A stretch of DNA of 64,000 nt from Camelus ferus (taxonomy: Eukaryota). The notes beneath the pieces are model-generated. The model made no database searches. It saw nothing but the letters and a program-made list of their open reading frames with translations, and was not told the origin of the DNA. Every line of letters begins with the position of its first letter. Position 1 is the stretch's first letter. The position numbers and the translations under genes were made by a program. Shown here one piece after another: positions 12,001 through 25,610 of the stretch. The DNA lies in assembly GCF_009834535.1 (NCBI RefSeq), contig NC_045697.1, positions 119,848,001-119,912,000 on the forward strand, read 5' to 3'.

Positions 12001-15000
12001 CTGGGCACTCGTTGCTACTTGGCTTTCAAGCCAAACCCCAAGCTTTCCCTAGCATCCCGCACAGGAAAACACTCAGAAATAATAAGTTAATGGTTCTATT
12101 GGAACTCAAGCACTGCAGACCGTTGTAGGAACCTCCGCACACGTAGGATAACAGAAAAATTTTTTTGTGTCTCATTGAGATGGTAAAAGCTCCACGCATG
12201 TTTCAGGGTGTACTGGTGTTCCTAGGGTTTGGGAGTTCAGATACAACCAACTACAGCCCATGGGGAAGTACTCGAACCTGCTTGACTTTGCAGCCAATCC
12301 CCCAGTTTCCTTGGCAACCCAGCCTGAGGAAACAATCAGGAAATGTAGCTAAAGTTTCTATCAGAACCCAGGTGCTGCAGTCTGCTGTAGGAACTTCAAC
12401 ACACACAGGATTCCCAAACACGGCTTTGCTTGGAAAAGTTTTGAATCCCCAATCCACAAACATGGATGGGGGCACAAGTTTTTCTCTGTTAGGGAGAAGT
12501 CCGCGAATTAGCTCTACAGTCTTTCTCTGGCACCTGCTGCTACTTGGAATTCCAGCCCAACCCCCATGTTTCCCTTTCAGCCCGGCCTGTGTTAACACAG
12601 AGGGAAAAGAAGCTATTGGTTCTATTTGAACCCATGCCCTGCTGATAATTTTGGAAACCTTCGAACACTCAGGATAACAGAAGATACCTTTCTGTGTGTG
12701 ACGGAGTAGGAAAACACAATCCAGGAATGTTTCTGGGGGTACAGCTTTTCCCAGGTTGGGAGATGTCGAATAATTTCCTCTGCTTCCAATGGGGAGGCAC
12801 TCTATACTTCTTCGCTTTCCAGACCAACTCCCAGCTTTCCTTTGAAGCCCGGCCTAAGGAAACACCTAGGTATGACAATATTAGCGATTCTATCAGAACA
12901 CCCTCTCTGCTGACTTTTGGAAGTACAACACACACTCAAAATTCCGGAATATGGCTTTGCTTTGTGGAGGTATGGAGACCAACACCACAATATGCCTGGG
13001 GGCACAGTTTCTCTCTGTCTGGGAGAAGTCCGCTAATTACCTCTACAGTCAATATCTGGGCAATCCTGGCTAATTGGGTTTCCAACCGAATCTCCAGTTT
13101 CCCTCGCAGCCTACCCTGGGACACACTCAGATATTATAAGCTAGTGGTTCTATTGGAACCAAGGCACTGCAGACCGTTGTAGGAAGCTCCGCACACGCAG
13201 GATAACAGAACAATTTTTTTGTGTCTCATTGAGATGGTAAAAATTCCACGCATGTTTCAGGGGGTACAGGTATTCCTAGGTTGGGGGAGGTCAGATTATT
13301 CCCATTAATGACCATGGGGAAGTAATCGCTCCTGCTTGGATATCCATCCCATCCCTCAGTTTCCCTTGCAACCCAGTCAGAGAAAACAGTCAGGAAATAT
13401 AGCTAAAGTTTCTATTAGAACCCAGGCGCTGCTGACAGTTGTAGAAACCTCCCCATACACAGGGAAACAGAACACTTCTTTGTGTGTGAGATGGAGTAGG
13501 AATACACAGTACATGCATGTATCTGGGGTGCAGTTTTAACCAGTTTGGGAGACGTTGGCTAAGTATCTCCACAGCCCATGGGGAGGCACTCAGTTTTCTT
13601 CGATTTCCAGCCCTACTCCCAGCTTTCCATGCAGGCCGGGTTAGGAAATCACCCTGGGATTACAAACTAAATCATTCTATCAGAACCAGCGTGCTGCTGT
13701 ATGTGTTGAGGAACCTCCAAACACTCAGGATTCCGGAACACGGAATTGCTTTGTGCGAATTGTGAAGCCCCACAGCACACTCATTCCTGGGGTCCCAAGA
13801 TTTTCCCTTTTAGGGCCAAGTCCGCTAATTACCTCCATAGTCCATCTCGGGGCACTCGCTGCTACTTGGATTCCCAGCCCAACCCCCATGTTTCCCTTGC
13901 AGCCCGGCCTGGGTTAACACAGAACGAAAAAAAGCTTTTGGTGTTATTCGAACCCATGCCCTGCTGACTATTGTGGAAAACTTCGAACACTCAAGATAAC
14001 AGAACATATCTATCTGTGTGTGATGGAGTAGGAAAACACACTCCAGGCATTTTTTGGGGATCCAGGTTTTCCCAGGTTGGGGGAGGTCGGCTAGATTCCT
14101 TTAGTGCCCATGGTGTGGCACTTACTTCTTCTTCGTTTTCAAGCCCAACTCCCAGCTTTCCCTTGCAGCCCGGACAAGTGAAACACCCATGGATGACAAA
14201 TAAGTGATTCTATCAGAACCACGGCGTTGCTGTCTGCTGGAGTGTCCTCCAAAGCTTCAGGATTCTGGAACACGTCTTTGAGTGTGGGGAGTTGTGGAAC
14301 CCCAATCCACGCAGATGGATGGGGTCACAGAATTGTCCCTGTTAGGGAGAAGTCCGCTAATTACCTCCAAAGTGCATCTTGGGGCACTCGTTTTTCTTAC
14401 ATTTTCAGTGTTTCCCCCAGTTTTCACTCGCAGCCCAGCGTTGTAAAACACTCAGTGATAATAAGCTAGGTTTCTATTGGAACCCAGGTGCTGCAGACAA
14501 TTGTAGGAACATCCCCACACTCAGAATAACAGAACAATACTTTGAGTGTCTGATTTAGATGGGTAAACTAAATCCACGCATGTTTCAGGTTGTATAGGAG
14601 TTCCTAGGTTGTGGGAGGTCGGATATTTACATCCACTGTCCATGGGGAGTCCCTTGCAGTTGCTTGGATTCCAGCCCAACCCCCAGCGTACCCTCGCATC
14701 CCGGCCTGTGAAAACACTCAGGGAAAAAACTACAGTTTGTATAAGAACTAAGGCGCTCCTGACAGATGTAGAAACCTCCCTATACTAAGGAAAAAAGAAC
14801 ACAGCTTTGTGTGTGTGATGGAGTAGGAAAACACTTTAAGGCATGTCACTGGGATGCAGGTGTTCGCAGGATGGGAATTGTTGGCCAATTACCTCCACTG
14901 CCCATGGGGAAGCACTCTCTTCTTCTTCGATATCCAGCCCTAATCCTAGCATTCCCTTGCAGCCCGACCGTGGAAAACACCCAGGGATGACAAACTAAAT

Positions 15001-18000
15001 CATTCTATCAGAACCAGGGCGCTGCTGTATGTTGGAGGAACCTCCAAACACTCAGGATTCCGGAACACGGATTTTCTTGGTGCGAATTTTGATAACCCAA
15101 AGCACACTCATTCTTGGGGCCTAAGATTTTCCCTTATAAGTCCAATTCCGCTAAGTAATTCCATAGTCCATCTCGGGGCACTCGCTGCTACTTGGATTTC
15201 CAGCCCAACCCACATGATTCCCTTGCAGCCCGGCCTGGGTAACACAGATCGAAAAGAAGCTATTGGTTCTATTCGAACCCATGCCCTGCTGAAAATTGTG
15301 GAAACCTTCGAACACTCAGGATCACAGAACATAACTTTCTGTATGTGATGGAGTAGGAAAACACACTCCAGGCATTTTTCTGGGGATCCAGGTTTTCCCA
15401 GGTTGGGAGACGTCGGCTAGGTTCCTTCAGTGCCCATGGGGTGGCACTGTCTTCTTTTTCATTTTCAAGCCCAACTCCCAGCTTTCCCTTGAAGCCCGGA
15501 CAATGAAACACCCATGGATGAAAAATAAGTGATTCTATCAGAACAACGGCGTTGCTGTCTGTTGGAGGAACCTCCAAACCTTCAGCATTCTGGAACACGT
15601 CTTTGAGTGTGGGGAGTTGTGGAACCCCAATTCACGCAGATGGATGGGGTCACAGATTTGTCCCTGTTAGGGAGAAGTCCGCTAATTACCTCCACAGTGC
15701 ATCTTGGGGCACTCGTTTCTTCTTAGATTTTCAGTCTATCCCCCAGTTTTCACTCGCAGCCCGGCCTTGTAAAACACTCAGTTATAATAAGCTAGGTTTC
15801 TATTGGAACCCAGGTTCTGCAGACAATTGTAGGAACCTCCACACAGTCAGAATAACAGAACAATTCTTTGAGTGTCTGATTTAGATGGGTAAACTAAATC
15901 CACGCATGTTTCAGTTTGTATAGCAGTTCCTAGGTGATGGGAGGTCGGATAATTACATCCAATGTCCATGGGGAGTCCCTTGCTGTTGCTTGGATTCCAG
16001 CCCAACCCCCAGCATTCCCTCGCATCCCGGCCTTTGAAAACACTCAGGGAAAAAATCTACAGTTTGTATAAGAACTAAGGCACTCTTGAAATTTGTAGAA
16101 ACCTCCCTACACTAAGGAAAACAGAACACAGCTTTGTGTGAGTGATGGAGTAGGAAAACACAGTAAGGCATGTCTCTGGGGTGCAGGTTTTCGCAGGATA
16201 GGAAATGTTGGCTAATTACCTCCACAGCCCTTGGGGAAGCACTCTATTCTTCTTCGATATCCAGCCCTAATCCTAGCATTCCCTTGCAGCCCGACCGTGG
16301 AAAACACCCAGGGATGACAAACTAAATCATTCTATCAAACCAGGGCGCTGCTGTATGTTGGAGGAACCTCCAAACACTCAGGATTCCGGAACACGATTTG
16401 CTTGTTGCGAATTGTGAAGCCACACAGCACACTCATTGCTGGGGCCCAAGATTTTCCCTTTTAGGGCCAAGTCCGCTAATTAACTCAATAATCCATCTCG
16501 GGGCACTCGCTGCTACTTGGATTTCCAGCCCAAACCCAAGCTTTCCCTCGCATCCTGGCCTGGGAAAACACACAGGGAAAATATGTTATTGGTTATAATG
16601 GATCCCAGTCTCTACGTAAATTTGAAGGAACATTCCCACAACTAGGATAAAAGAAGAAACATTTGTGTGTCTGATGGTGATGGGTAAACAAACTCCAAGC
16701 ATGTATCAGGGGGCTTAGGTGTTCCAAGGCTGTGGGACGTCGGAAAATTTCCTCAAATTCTCATGGGGAGTAACTCGCTGCTGCTACGAATTACAGCCAA
16801 GCCCACAGATTTACCTCGCAGCCAGGCCTGTGAAAACACTCACGGAAAACTAAATTCTGGTGCTTCTAGGATCCAGGCGCTGCTGAAACTTGTAGAATCC
16901 TCCACACACTCATGATAGCAGAACAAATTTTTGTGTGTGTGATGGTGTAGGAAAATACACTCCAGGCATGTTTCTGGTGTTACAGCTGTTCCCAGGTTTG
17001 GAGATGTCGCCTAAATCCCTCCACTTCCAATGGGGAGGCACACTATACTTCTTCGCTTTCCAGACCAACTCCCAAATATCCTTTGCAGCCCGGCCTAAGG
17101 AAACACCTAAGGATGGCAATATTAGCGATTCTATCAGAACCCACGCACTGCTGCCTTTTGGAAGTACAACACACACTCAAAATTCCGGAATATGTCTTTG
17201 CGTGGTGGAGGTATGGAGACCAACACCACAAGATGCCTGGGGGCACAGTTTCTCTCTGTCTGGGAGAAGTCCGCTAATTACCTCTACAGTCAATATCTGG
17301 GCAATCCTGGCTACTTGGATTTCCAGCCGAACCCCCAGTTTCCCTCGCAGCCCGCCCTGGAAAACACTCAGAGATTATAAGCTAGTGGTTCAATTGGAAC
17401 CCAAGCACTGCAGATCGTTGTAGGAAGCTCTGCACACACAGGATAACAGAACAATTTTTTTGTGTCTGATTGAGTTGGTAAACACTCCACGCATGTTTCA
17501 GAGGGTACAGGTTTTCCTAGGTTGGGGGAGGTCAGATTATTCCCATTAATGCCCATGGGGTGGTAATCGCTCCTGCTTGGATTTCCATCTCATCCCCGAG
17601 TTTCCCTTGAAACCCAGTCAGATAAAACAGTCAGGAAATTTAGCTAAAGTTTCTATTAGAACCCAGAAGCTGCTGAGAGTTGTAGAAAGTTCCCCATACA
17701 CAGGGTAACAGAACACTTCTTTGTGTGTGTGATTGAGTAGGATAACACACTCCATGCATGTTTCTGGGGTGCAGTTGTAACCAGGCTGTGAGACGTTGGC
17801 TAAGTATCTCCACAGCACATGGGGAGGCACTCTGTTTTTCTTCATTTTCCAGCCCTACTCCAAGATTTCCCTTGAGCCCGTGTTAGGGAAACACCCAGGG
17901 ATGACAAACTAAGTGATTCTAACAGAACCCAGGCGCTGCTGTCGGTTGGAGGAACCTGCACACACACAGAATTAACAAACACGTCTTTGCTTGGGGGAAT

Positions 18001-20573
18001 TGTGAAGCACCACTATACACATATGGCTGATTGCACAAGTATGTCCCTGTTAGGTAGAAGTCCGCTAATTACCTCAACAGACCATCGTGGGGCACTCACT
18101 GCTACTTGGAATTCCATCCCAACCCCCAGGATTCCCTTGCAGCCTGGCCTGGGCTAACACACAGGGAAAAGAATCTACTGGTGCTATTAGAACACATGCG
18201 CTGCTGACAATTGTGGAAAACTTCGAACACTCATGATAACAGAGCACATCTTTCTGTGTGTGATGGAGAAATAAAACACACTCCAGGCATTTTTCTGGGG
18301 ATCCAGTTTTTCCCAGGTTGGGAAATGTCCCCTAGATTCCTTCACAGCCCATGTCGATGAATTGACTTCTTCTTCATTTTCAAGCCCAACTCCCAAATTT
18401 CCCTTGCATCCCGGTCTAGGATTATACCGAGGGATGACAGTCTAAGTGATTTTATCAGAGCTACGATGCTGTTATATTATTTAGGAACTTCCAGAAACTT
18501 AGGATTCTGTATCACGTCTATGCTTGGGGCTAGATTTGGAGACCCACACCACAGAGATGGCTGGGGGAACAGGTTATTCCCTGTTAGGGAGATGTCCGCT
18601 AATTACCTCCACAGTCCATCTCTGGTCACTCGCTGCTACATGGCTTTCCAGCGCAAGCGCAGCATTCAATGAATTCCGGACAGGGAATCTATCAGGGATA
18701 ATAAGCCAGTGGTTCTATTGGAACCCAGGTCCTGCAGAACATTGTAGGATACTCCTGGCACCCATGAAAAGAGAACACTTCTTTGTGTGTCTCATGCAGT
18801 TTGGTAAAAATTCTCCACGCGTGTTTCAGGGGGTTAAGGTTTTCCTAGATAGTGGGAGTTCGGGTATTTCCCTCCAATGCCCATGGGGAGGCACTCGCAC
18901 CTGCTTGGATTTCCAGCCCAACCCCCAGCTTTCCCTCTCACCCCGGCCTGGGAAAACACTCAGTGATAATATGCTATTATTTGTATAGGAACCAAGCCGC
19001 TAACTACCGTTGTAGGCTCCTTCCCACATCTGGGATAACAGAAGAAATCTTTGTGTGTCTGATGGAGATGGGTAAACAATCTCCACGCATGTTTCAGGAG
19101 GCACAGGTTTTCCAAGGCTGTGGGACGTCGGAAAATTACCTCAAATTCTCATGTGGAGTATGTCACTGCTGCTACGAATTACAGCCAAACCCACAGCTTT
19201 ACCTCGCACCTAGGCGTGTGAAAACACTCACGGAAAAGAAAATACTGGTGCTATTAGAACCCAGGCGCTGCTGATATTTGTAGAATCCTCCCAACACTCA
19301 GGATAGCAGAACACATCTTTGTCTGTGTGATGGTGTAGAAAAATACACTCCAGGCATATTTCTGGGGGTACAGCTTTTCCCATGTTTGGAGATTTCGCCT
19401 AATTACCTCCACTGCCAATGGGGAGGCAATCTATACTTCTTTGCCTTGCAGACCTTCTCCCAAATTTCCCTTAGAGCCCGGCTTAAGAAAACACCTAGGG
19501 ATGACAATATTAGTGATTCCAAGAGAAAACCATCGCTGCTGCCTTTTGGAGGTACAACACAAACTCAAAATTCCGGAACATGTTTTGCTTGGTGGAGGTG
19601 TGGAGACCAACACCACAAGATTCCTGGGGGCACAGTTTATCTCTGTCTGGGAGAAGTCTGCTAATTACCTCTACAGACAAATTCTGGGCAATCCTTTCTA
19701 ATTGGCTTTCCAGGCGAACCCCCTGTTTCCCTCGCTTCCCGCCTGGAAAACACTCAGAGATTATAAGCTAGTGGTTATATTGGAACCCAGGCACTGCAGA
19801 CCGTAGTAGGAAGCTCCGCACACGCAGGATAACAGAACACTTTTTTTGTGTCTGATTGAGATGCTAAAAACACCACGTATGTTTCAGGTGGTACAGGTTT
19901 TCCTAGGTTGGGGGAGGTCAGATTATTCCCATTAATGCCCATGGGAGGTAATCGCTCCTGCTTGGATTTCCATCCCATCCCCCAGTTTCCCTTGCAACCC
20001 AGCCAGAGAAAACAGTCAGGAAATTTAGCTGAAGTTTCTATTAGAACCCAGTCGCTGCTCACAGTTGTAGAACCTCCCCATTCATAGGGTAACATAGCAC
20101 TTCTTTGTGTGTGCGATGGAGTAGGAAAACACACCCCATGCATTAACCTGGGGTGCAAGTTTAACCAGGTTGTGAGACGTTGGCTAAGTATCTCCACAGC
20201 CCATGGGGAGGCACTCTGTTTTTCTTCGTTTTCCAGCCCTACTCCAAGCTTTCCCTTGAAGCCCGGGTTAGGAAAACACCCAGGGATGACAAACTAAGTG
20301 ATTCTATCAGAACCCCGGCGCTGCTCTCTGTTTGAGGAACCTCCACACACACAGGATTAACAAACACGTCTTTGCTTGGGGGAATTGTGAAGCCCCACTC
20401 CTCACACAAGCCTGAGGGAACAAGTTTTTCCCTTTAGGTTGAAGTCCGCTAATTACCTCTACAGACCATCATGGGGCACTCGCTGCTACTTGGGTTTCCA
20501 TCCCAACACCCAGGTTTCCCTTGCAGCCCGGCCTGAGGGAACACACAGGGAAAGAATCTACATGTGCTATTAG
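1..20573. repeat. HOR domain 1: rearranged derivatives of the 19-mer HOR (offsets of 36, 30, 11 and 9 monomers)
   Basis: Near-identical ORF translations recur at offsets of 9542 (1627/11169, 2623/12165, 3975/13517), 7950 (7602/15552, 9668/17618, 10574/18524), 2917 (3975/6892, 5532/8449) and 2383 (18187/20570). Confidence 0.85.
3372..9245. repeat. Recent tandem duplication of a 2917-bp unit (11 monomers, A-B-C-A-C-A-B-C-A-B-C), two apparently identical copies
   Basis: Every ORF lying wholly within ~3390-6320 has an identical translation 2917 bp downstream. Identity begins after the ctgctgA/ctgctgC difference at 3371/6288 and ends at atatgG/atatgT at 6329/9246. Confidence 0.92.
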
Positions 20574-23500
20574 AACACATGCCCTGCTGAAAATTGTGGA
20601 AACCTTCGAAAACTCATGATAACAGAGCACATCTTTCTGTGTGTGATGGAGAAGTAAAACACACTCCAGGCATTTTTCTGGGGATCCAGGTTTTCCCAGG
20701 TTGGGAGATGTCGGCTAGATTCCTTCACAGCCCATGTCGATGAATTGAATTCTTCTTCGTTTTCAAGCCCAACTCCCAACTTTCCCTTGCATCCCGGTCT
20801 AGGATTATACCCAGGGATGACAGTCTAAGTGAATTTATCAGAGCTACAATGCTGCTGTCTATTTTAGGAACTTCCAGAGCCTTAGGATTCTGGATCAAAT
20901 CTATGTTTGGGGGTAGCTTTGGAGACCCACAACACAGAGATGGCTGGGGGCACAGGTTTATCCCTGTTAGGGAGATGTCCACTAATTACCTCAACAGTCC
21001 ATCTCGGGTCACTCGCTGCTACATGGCTTTCCAGCGCAAGGACAGCATTACCTCGCAGGCCAGCCTGGGAAAACATTCAGGAATAATAAGTAAGTGTTTC
21101 TATTGGAACCCAGGTGTTGCAGAATATTGTAGGAGACTCCCCACACCCAGGAAAATACAACACGACTTTGTGTGCCTCATGCAGTTTGGTAAACAATCTC
21201 CACGCTTGTTTCAGTGGGTTAAGGTGTTCCTAGTTAGTGGGAGTTCGGGTAATTCCCTCCAATGACCATGGGGAGGCACTCGCTCCTGCTTGGCTTTCCA
21301 GCCAAATCCCCAGCTTTCCCTCTCAGACCGGCCTGGGAAAACACTCAGAGATAATATGCTATAGGTTGTATTGGAATCCAGTCGCTACCTACCGTTGTAG
21401 GCTGTTCCCACATCTGCTATAACAGAAGAAATTTTTGTGTGTATGATGGAGATGGGAAAACAAACTCCACGCATGTTTCAGGGGGCACAGGTGTTCCAAG
21501 GCTGTGGGACGTCGGAAATTTACCTCAAATTTTCATGGGGAGTATCTCACTGCGGCTACGAATTACATCCAAACCCACAGCTTTACCTCGCATCTAGGCG
21601 TGTGTAAACACTCACGTAAAAGAAAATACTGGTGCTATTAGAACCCAGGCGCTGCTCATATTTGTAGAATCCTCCCCAAACTCAGGATAGCAGAACACAT
21701 CTTTGTGTGTGTGATGGTGTATAAAAATAAACTCCAGGCACATCTCTGGGGGTACATCTGTTTCCATGTTTGGAGATGTCGCCTAATTATCTCCACTGCC
21801 AATGGGGAGGCAATCTATACTTCTTCGCTTTGCAGACCATCTCCCAAATTTCCCTTACAGCCCGGCCTAAGAAAACACCTAGGGATCACAATATTAGTGA
21901 TTCTATCAGAAACCCGGCGCTGCTGTCTGTTGGAGGTACAACACAGACTCAAAATTCCAGAGCAAGAATTGGCTTGGTGGAGGTGTGGAGCCCCACACCA
22001 CACAGATGCCTGGGGTGGCAGATTTTCCTTGTTTATGAGGAGTCAGCTAATTACCTCTATAGACAATCTCTGGGCACTCGTTGCTACTTGGCTTTCCAGC
22101 TGAACCACAAGCTTTACCACGAAGCCCGCCCTGGAAAACCCTCAGAGATAATAAGTTAATGGTTCAATTGGAACACAAGCACTGCAGACCGTTGTAGGAA
22201 CCTCCGCACACGCAGAATAACAGAAAAATTTTTTTGTGTCTCATTGAGATGGTAAAAGTTCCACGCATATTTCAGGGTGTACTGGTGTTCCTAGGTTGTG
22301 GGAGGTCAGATACATCCCACTAGTGCCCATGGGGAAGTACTCACACCTTCTTGGCTTTCCATCCCATCCCCCAGTTTCTTTGGCAACCCAGCCTGAGTAA
22401 ACTATCAGGAAATGTAGCTAAAGTTTCTATCAGAACCCCTGTGCTGCATTCTGTTGTAGGAACTTCCACACACACAGGATTCCCAAACACGGCTTTGCTT
22501 GGATATTTTTGAAGCCCCAATCCACACACATGGCAGGGGGCACAAGTTTTTCCCTGTTAGGGAGAAGTCCGCTAATTAGCTCTATAGTCCATCACCGGCA
22601 CACGCTGCTACTTGGAATTCCAGCCCAACCCCCATGTTTCCCTTGCAGCCTGGCCTGGGTTAACACAGAGGGAGAAGAAGCTATTGGTGCTATACGAACC
22701 CATGCCCTGCTGACAATTGTGGAAACCTTTGAACACTCAGGATAACAGAACATATCTTTCTGTGTGTGATGGAGTAGGAAAGAAACTCCAGGCATTTTTC
22801 TGGGGATCCAGGTTTTCCCAGGTTGGGAGATGTCGGCTAGATTCCTTCAGGTCCCATGGTGTGGCACTATCTTCTTCTTCGTTTTCAAGCCCAACTCCCA
22901 GATTTCCCTTGAAGCCCGGACAAGTGAAACACCCATGGATGACAAATAAATGATACTATTAGAACCCCCGCGTTGCGGTCAGTTGAAGGACCCTCCAAAC
23001 CTTCAGGATTCTGGAACAAGACTTTGAGTGTGGGGAGTGGTGGAACCCTAATCCACGAAGATGGATGGGGTCATAGATTTGTCCCTGTTAGGGAGAAGTC
23101 CGCTAATTACCTCCACAGTGCATCTTGGGGCACTCGCTGCTTCTTAGATTTTCAGTCTTTCCCCCAATTTTCCCTCGCAGCCCGGCCTTTTAAAACACTC
23201 AGTGATAATAAGCTACGTTTCTTTTGGAACCCAGGTGCTGCAGACAATTTAGGAACCTCCCCACACTCAGAATAACTGAACAATACATTGAGTGTCTGAT
23301 TTAGATGGGTAAACTAAATCCACGCATGTTTCAGGTTGTATAGGCGTTCCTAGGTTTTGGGAGGTCGGATATTTACATTCACTGTCCATGGGGATTCCCT
23401 TGCAGTTGCTTGGATTCCAGCCCAACCCCCAGCGTTCCCTCGCTTCCCGGCCTGTGAAAATACTCAGGGAAAAAAGCTACAGATTCTATAACAACTAAGG

Positions 23501-25610
23501 CGCTCCTGACAGTTGTAGAAACCTCCTTACACTAAGGAAAAGAGAACACATCTTTGTGTGTGTGATGGTGTAGGAAAACACAGTAAGGCATGGCTCTGGG
23601 TTGTAGGTGTTCGCAGGATGGGAAAAGTTCGCTAATTAACTCCAGTGCCCATGGGGAAGCACTCTCTTCTTCTTCGATATCCAGCCCTAATCCTAGCATT
23701 CCCTTACAGCCCGACCGTGGAAAACACCCAGGGATGACAAACTAAATCATTCTATCAGAACCAGGGCGCTGCTGTATGTTGGAGGAACCTCCAAACACAC
23801 AGGATTCCGGAACACGGATTTGCTTGCTGCGAGTTGTGAAGCCCCACAGCACACTCATTGCTGGGGCCCAAGATTTTCCCTTTTAGGGCCAAGTCCGCGA
23901 AATACCTCCATAGTCCATCTCGGGGCACTCGTTGCTACTTGGATTTCCAGCCGAAACCCAAGCTATCCCTCGCAGCCCGGCCTGGTAAAGCATAAAGGGA
24001 AAATATGTTATTGGTTGTAATGGAACCCAATCTCTACCTACCGTTGCAGGAATCTTCCCACTACTAGGGTAAAAGAAGAAACATTTGTGTGTGTGATGGT
24101 GATGGGTAAACAAACTCCAAGCATGTATCAGGGGTCTTAGGTTTTCCAAGGTAGTGTGACGTCGGAAAATTATCTCAAATTCTCATGGGGAGTATCTCGC
24201 TGCTGCTACGAATTACAGCCAAGCCCACAGATTTACCTCGCAGCCAGGCCTGTGATAACACTCACGGAAAACAAAATACTGGTGCTTCTAGAACCCAGGC
24301 GCTCCTGAAATTTGTAGAATCCTCCCCACACTCATGATAGCAGAACAAATATTTGTGTGTGTGATGGTGTAGGAAAATACACTCCAGGAATGTTTCTGGG
24401 GGTACAGCATTTCCCAGGATTGGAGATGTCGCCTAATTACCTCCATTTCAAATGGGGAGGCATTCTATACTTCTTTGATTTCCAGACAATCTCCCAGCTT
24501 TCTTTTGAAGCCCGGCCTAAGGAAACACCTAGGGATGACAATATTAGTGATTCTATCAGAAACCCAGCTCTGCTGCCTGTAGGAGGTACAACACACACTC
24601 AAAATAACGGAACATGGCTTTGCTTGGTGGAGGTGTGGAGACCAACACCACAAGAAGCCTGGGGGTACAGTTTCTCTCGGTCTGGGAGAAGTCCGCTAAT
24701 TACCTCTACAGTCATTATCTGGGCAATCCTGGCTATTTGGCTTTCCAACCGATCCCCCAGTTTCCCTCGCAGCCCGCCCTGGAAAACACTCAGAAATTAT
24801 AAGCTAGTGGTTCTATTGGAACACAGGCACTGCAGACAGTTGTAGGAAGCTCCGCAAACGCAGGATAACAAAACACTTTTTTTGTGTCTGATTGAGATGG
24901 AAAAACACCATGCATGTTTCTGGGGGTACATGTTTTCCTAGGTTGGGGTAGGTCCGATTAATCCCATTAATTCCCATGGGGAGGTAATCGCTCCTGCTTG
25001 GATTTCCATCCCATCCCCCAGTTTCCCTTGCAACACAGCCAGAGAAAACAGTCAGGAAATTTAGCTAAAATTTCTATTAGAACCCAGGCGCTGCTGAAAG
25101 TTGTAGAAACCTCCCCATACACAGGGTAACAGAACACCTCTTTGTGTGTGTGATGGAATATGAAAACACACTCCAAGCATGTTCCTGGGGTGCAGGTGTA
25201 ACCAGGCTGTGTGTCGTTGGCTAAGTATCTCCAGAGCCCATGTGGAGGCACTTTGTTTTTCTTCGTTTTCCAGCCCTACTCTCCGGTTCCCCTTGAAGCC
25301 CGGGTTAGGAAAACACCCAGGGATGAAAACTAATTGATTCTATCAGAACCCCAGCGCTGCTGTCAGTTGGAGATACCTCCACACACACAGGATTAACAAA
25401 GTCTTCTTTCCTTGGGGGAATTGTGAAGCCCCACTCCACACACAAGGCTGAGGGCACAAGTTTTTCCCTTTTAGGTAGAAGTCCGCTAATTACCTCTACA
25501 TACCATTGTGGGGCACTCGCTGCTGCTTGGATTTCCATCCCAAACCCCAGGATTCACTTGCAGCCCGTCTTGGGGAAACACAAAGGGAAAAGAACCTACA
25601 GGTGCTATTA
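20574..25610. repeat. 19-mer HOR copy (~5.03 kb): C-A-B-B-C-A-B-A-C-A-B-C-A-B-C-A-B-C-A
   Basis: Monomers were counted by the anchor motif. Homologous ORFs lie at offsets of 5029-5030 (22973/28003, 23820/28849, 24465/29494), with moderate divergence from the next copy. Confidence 0.85.
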
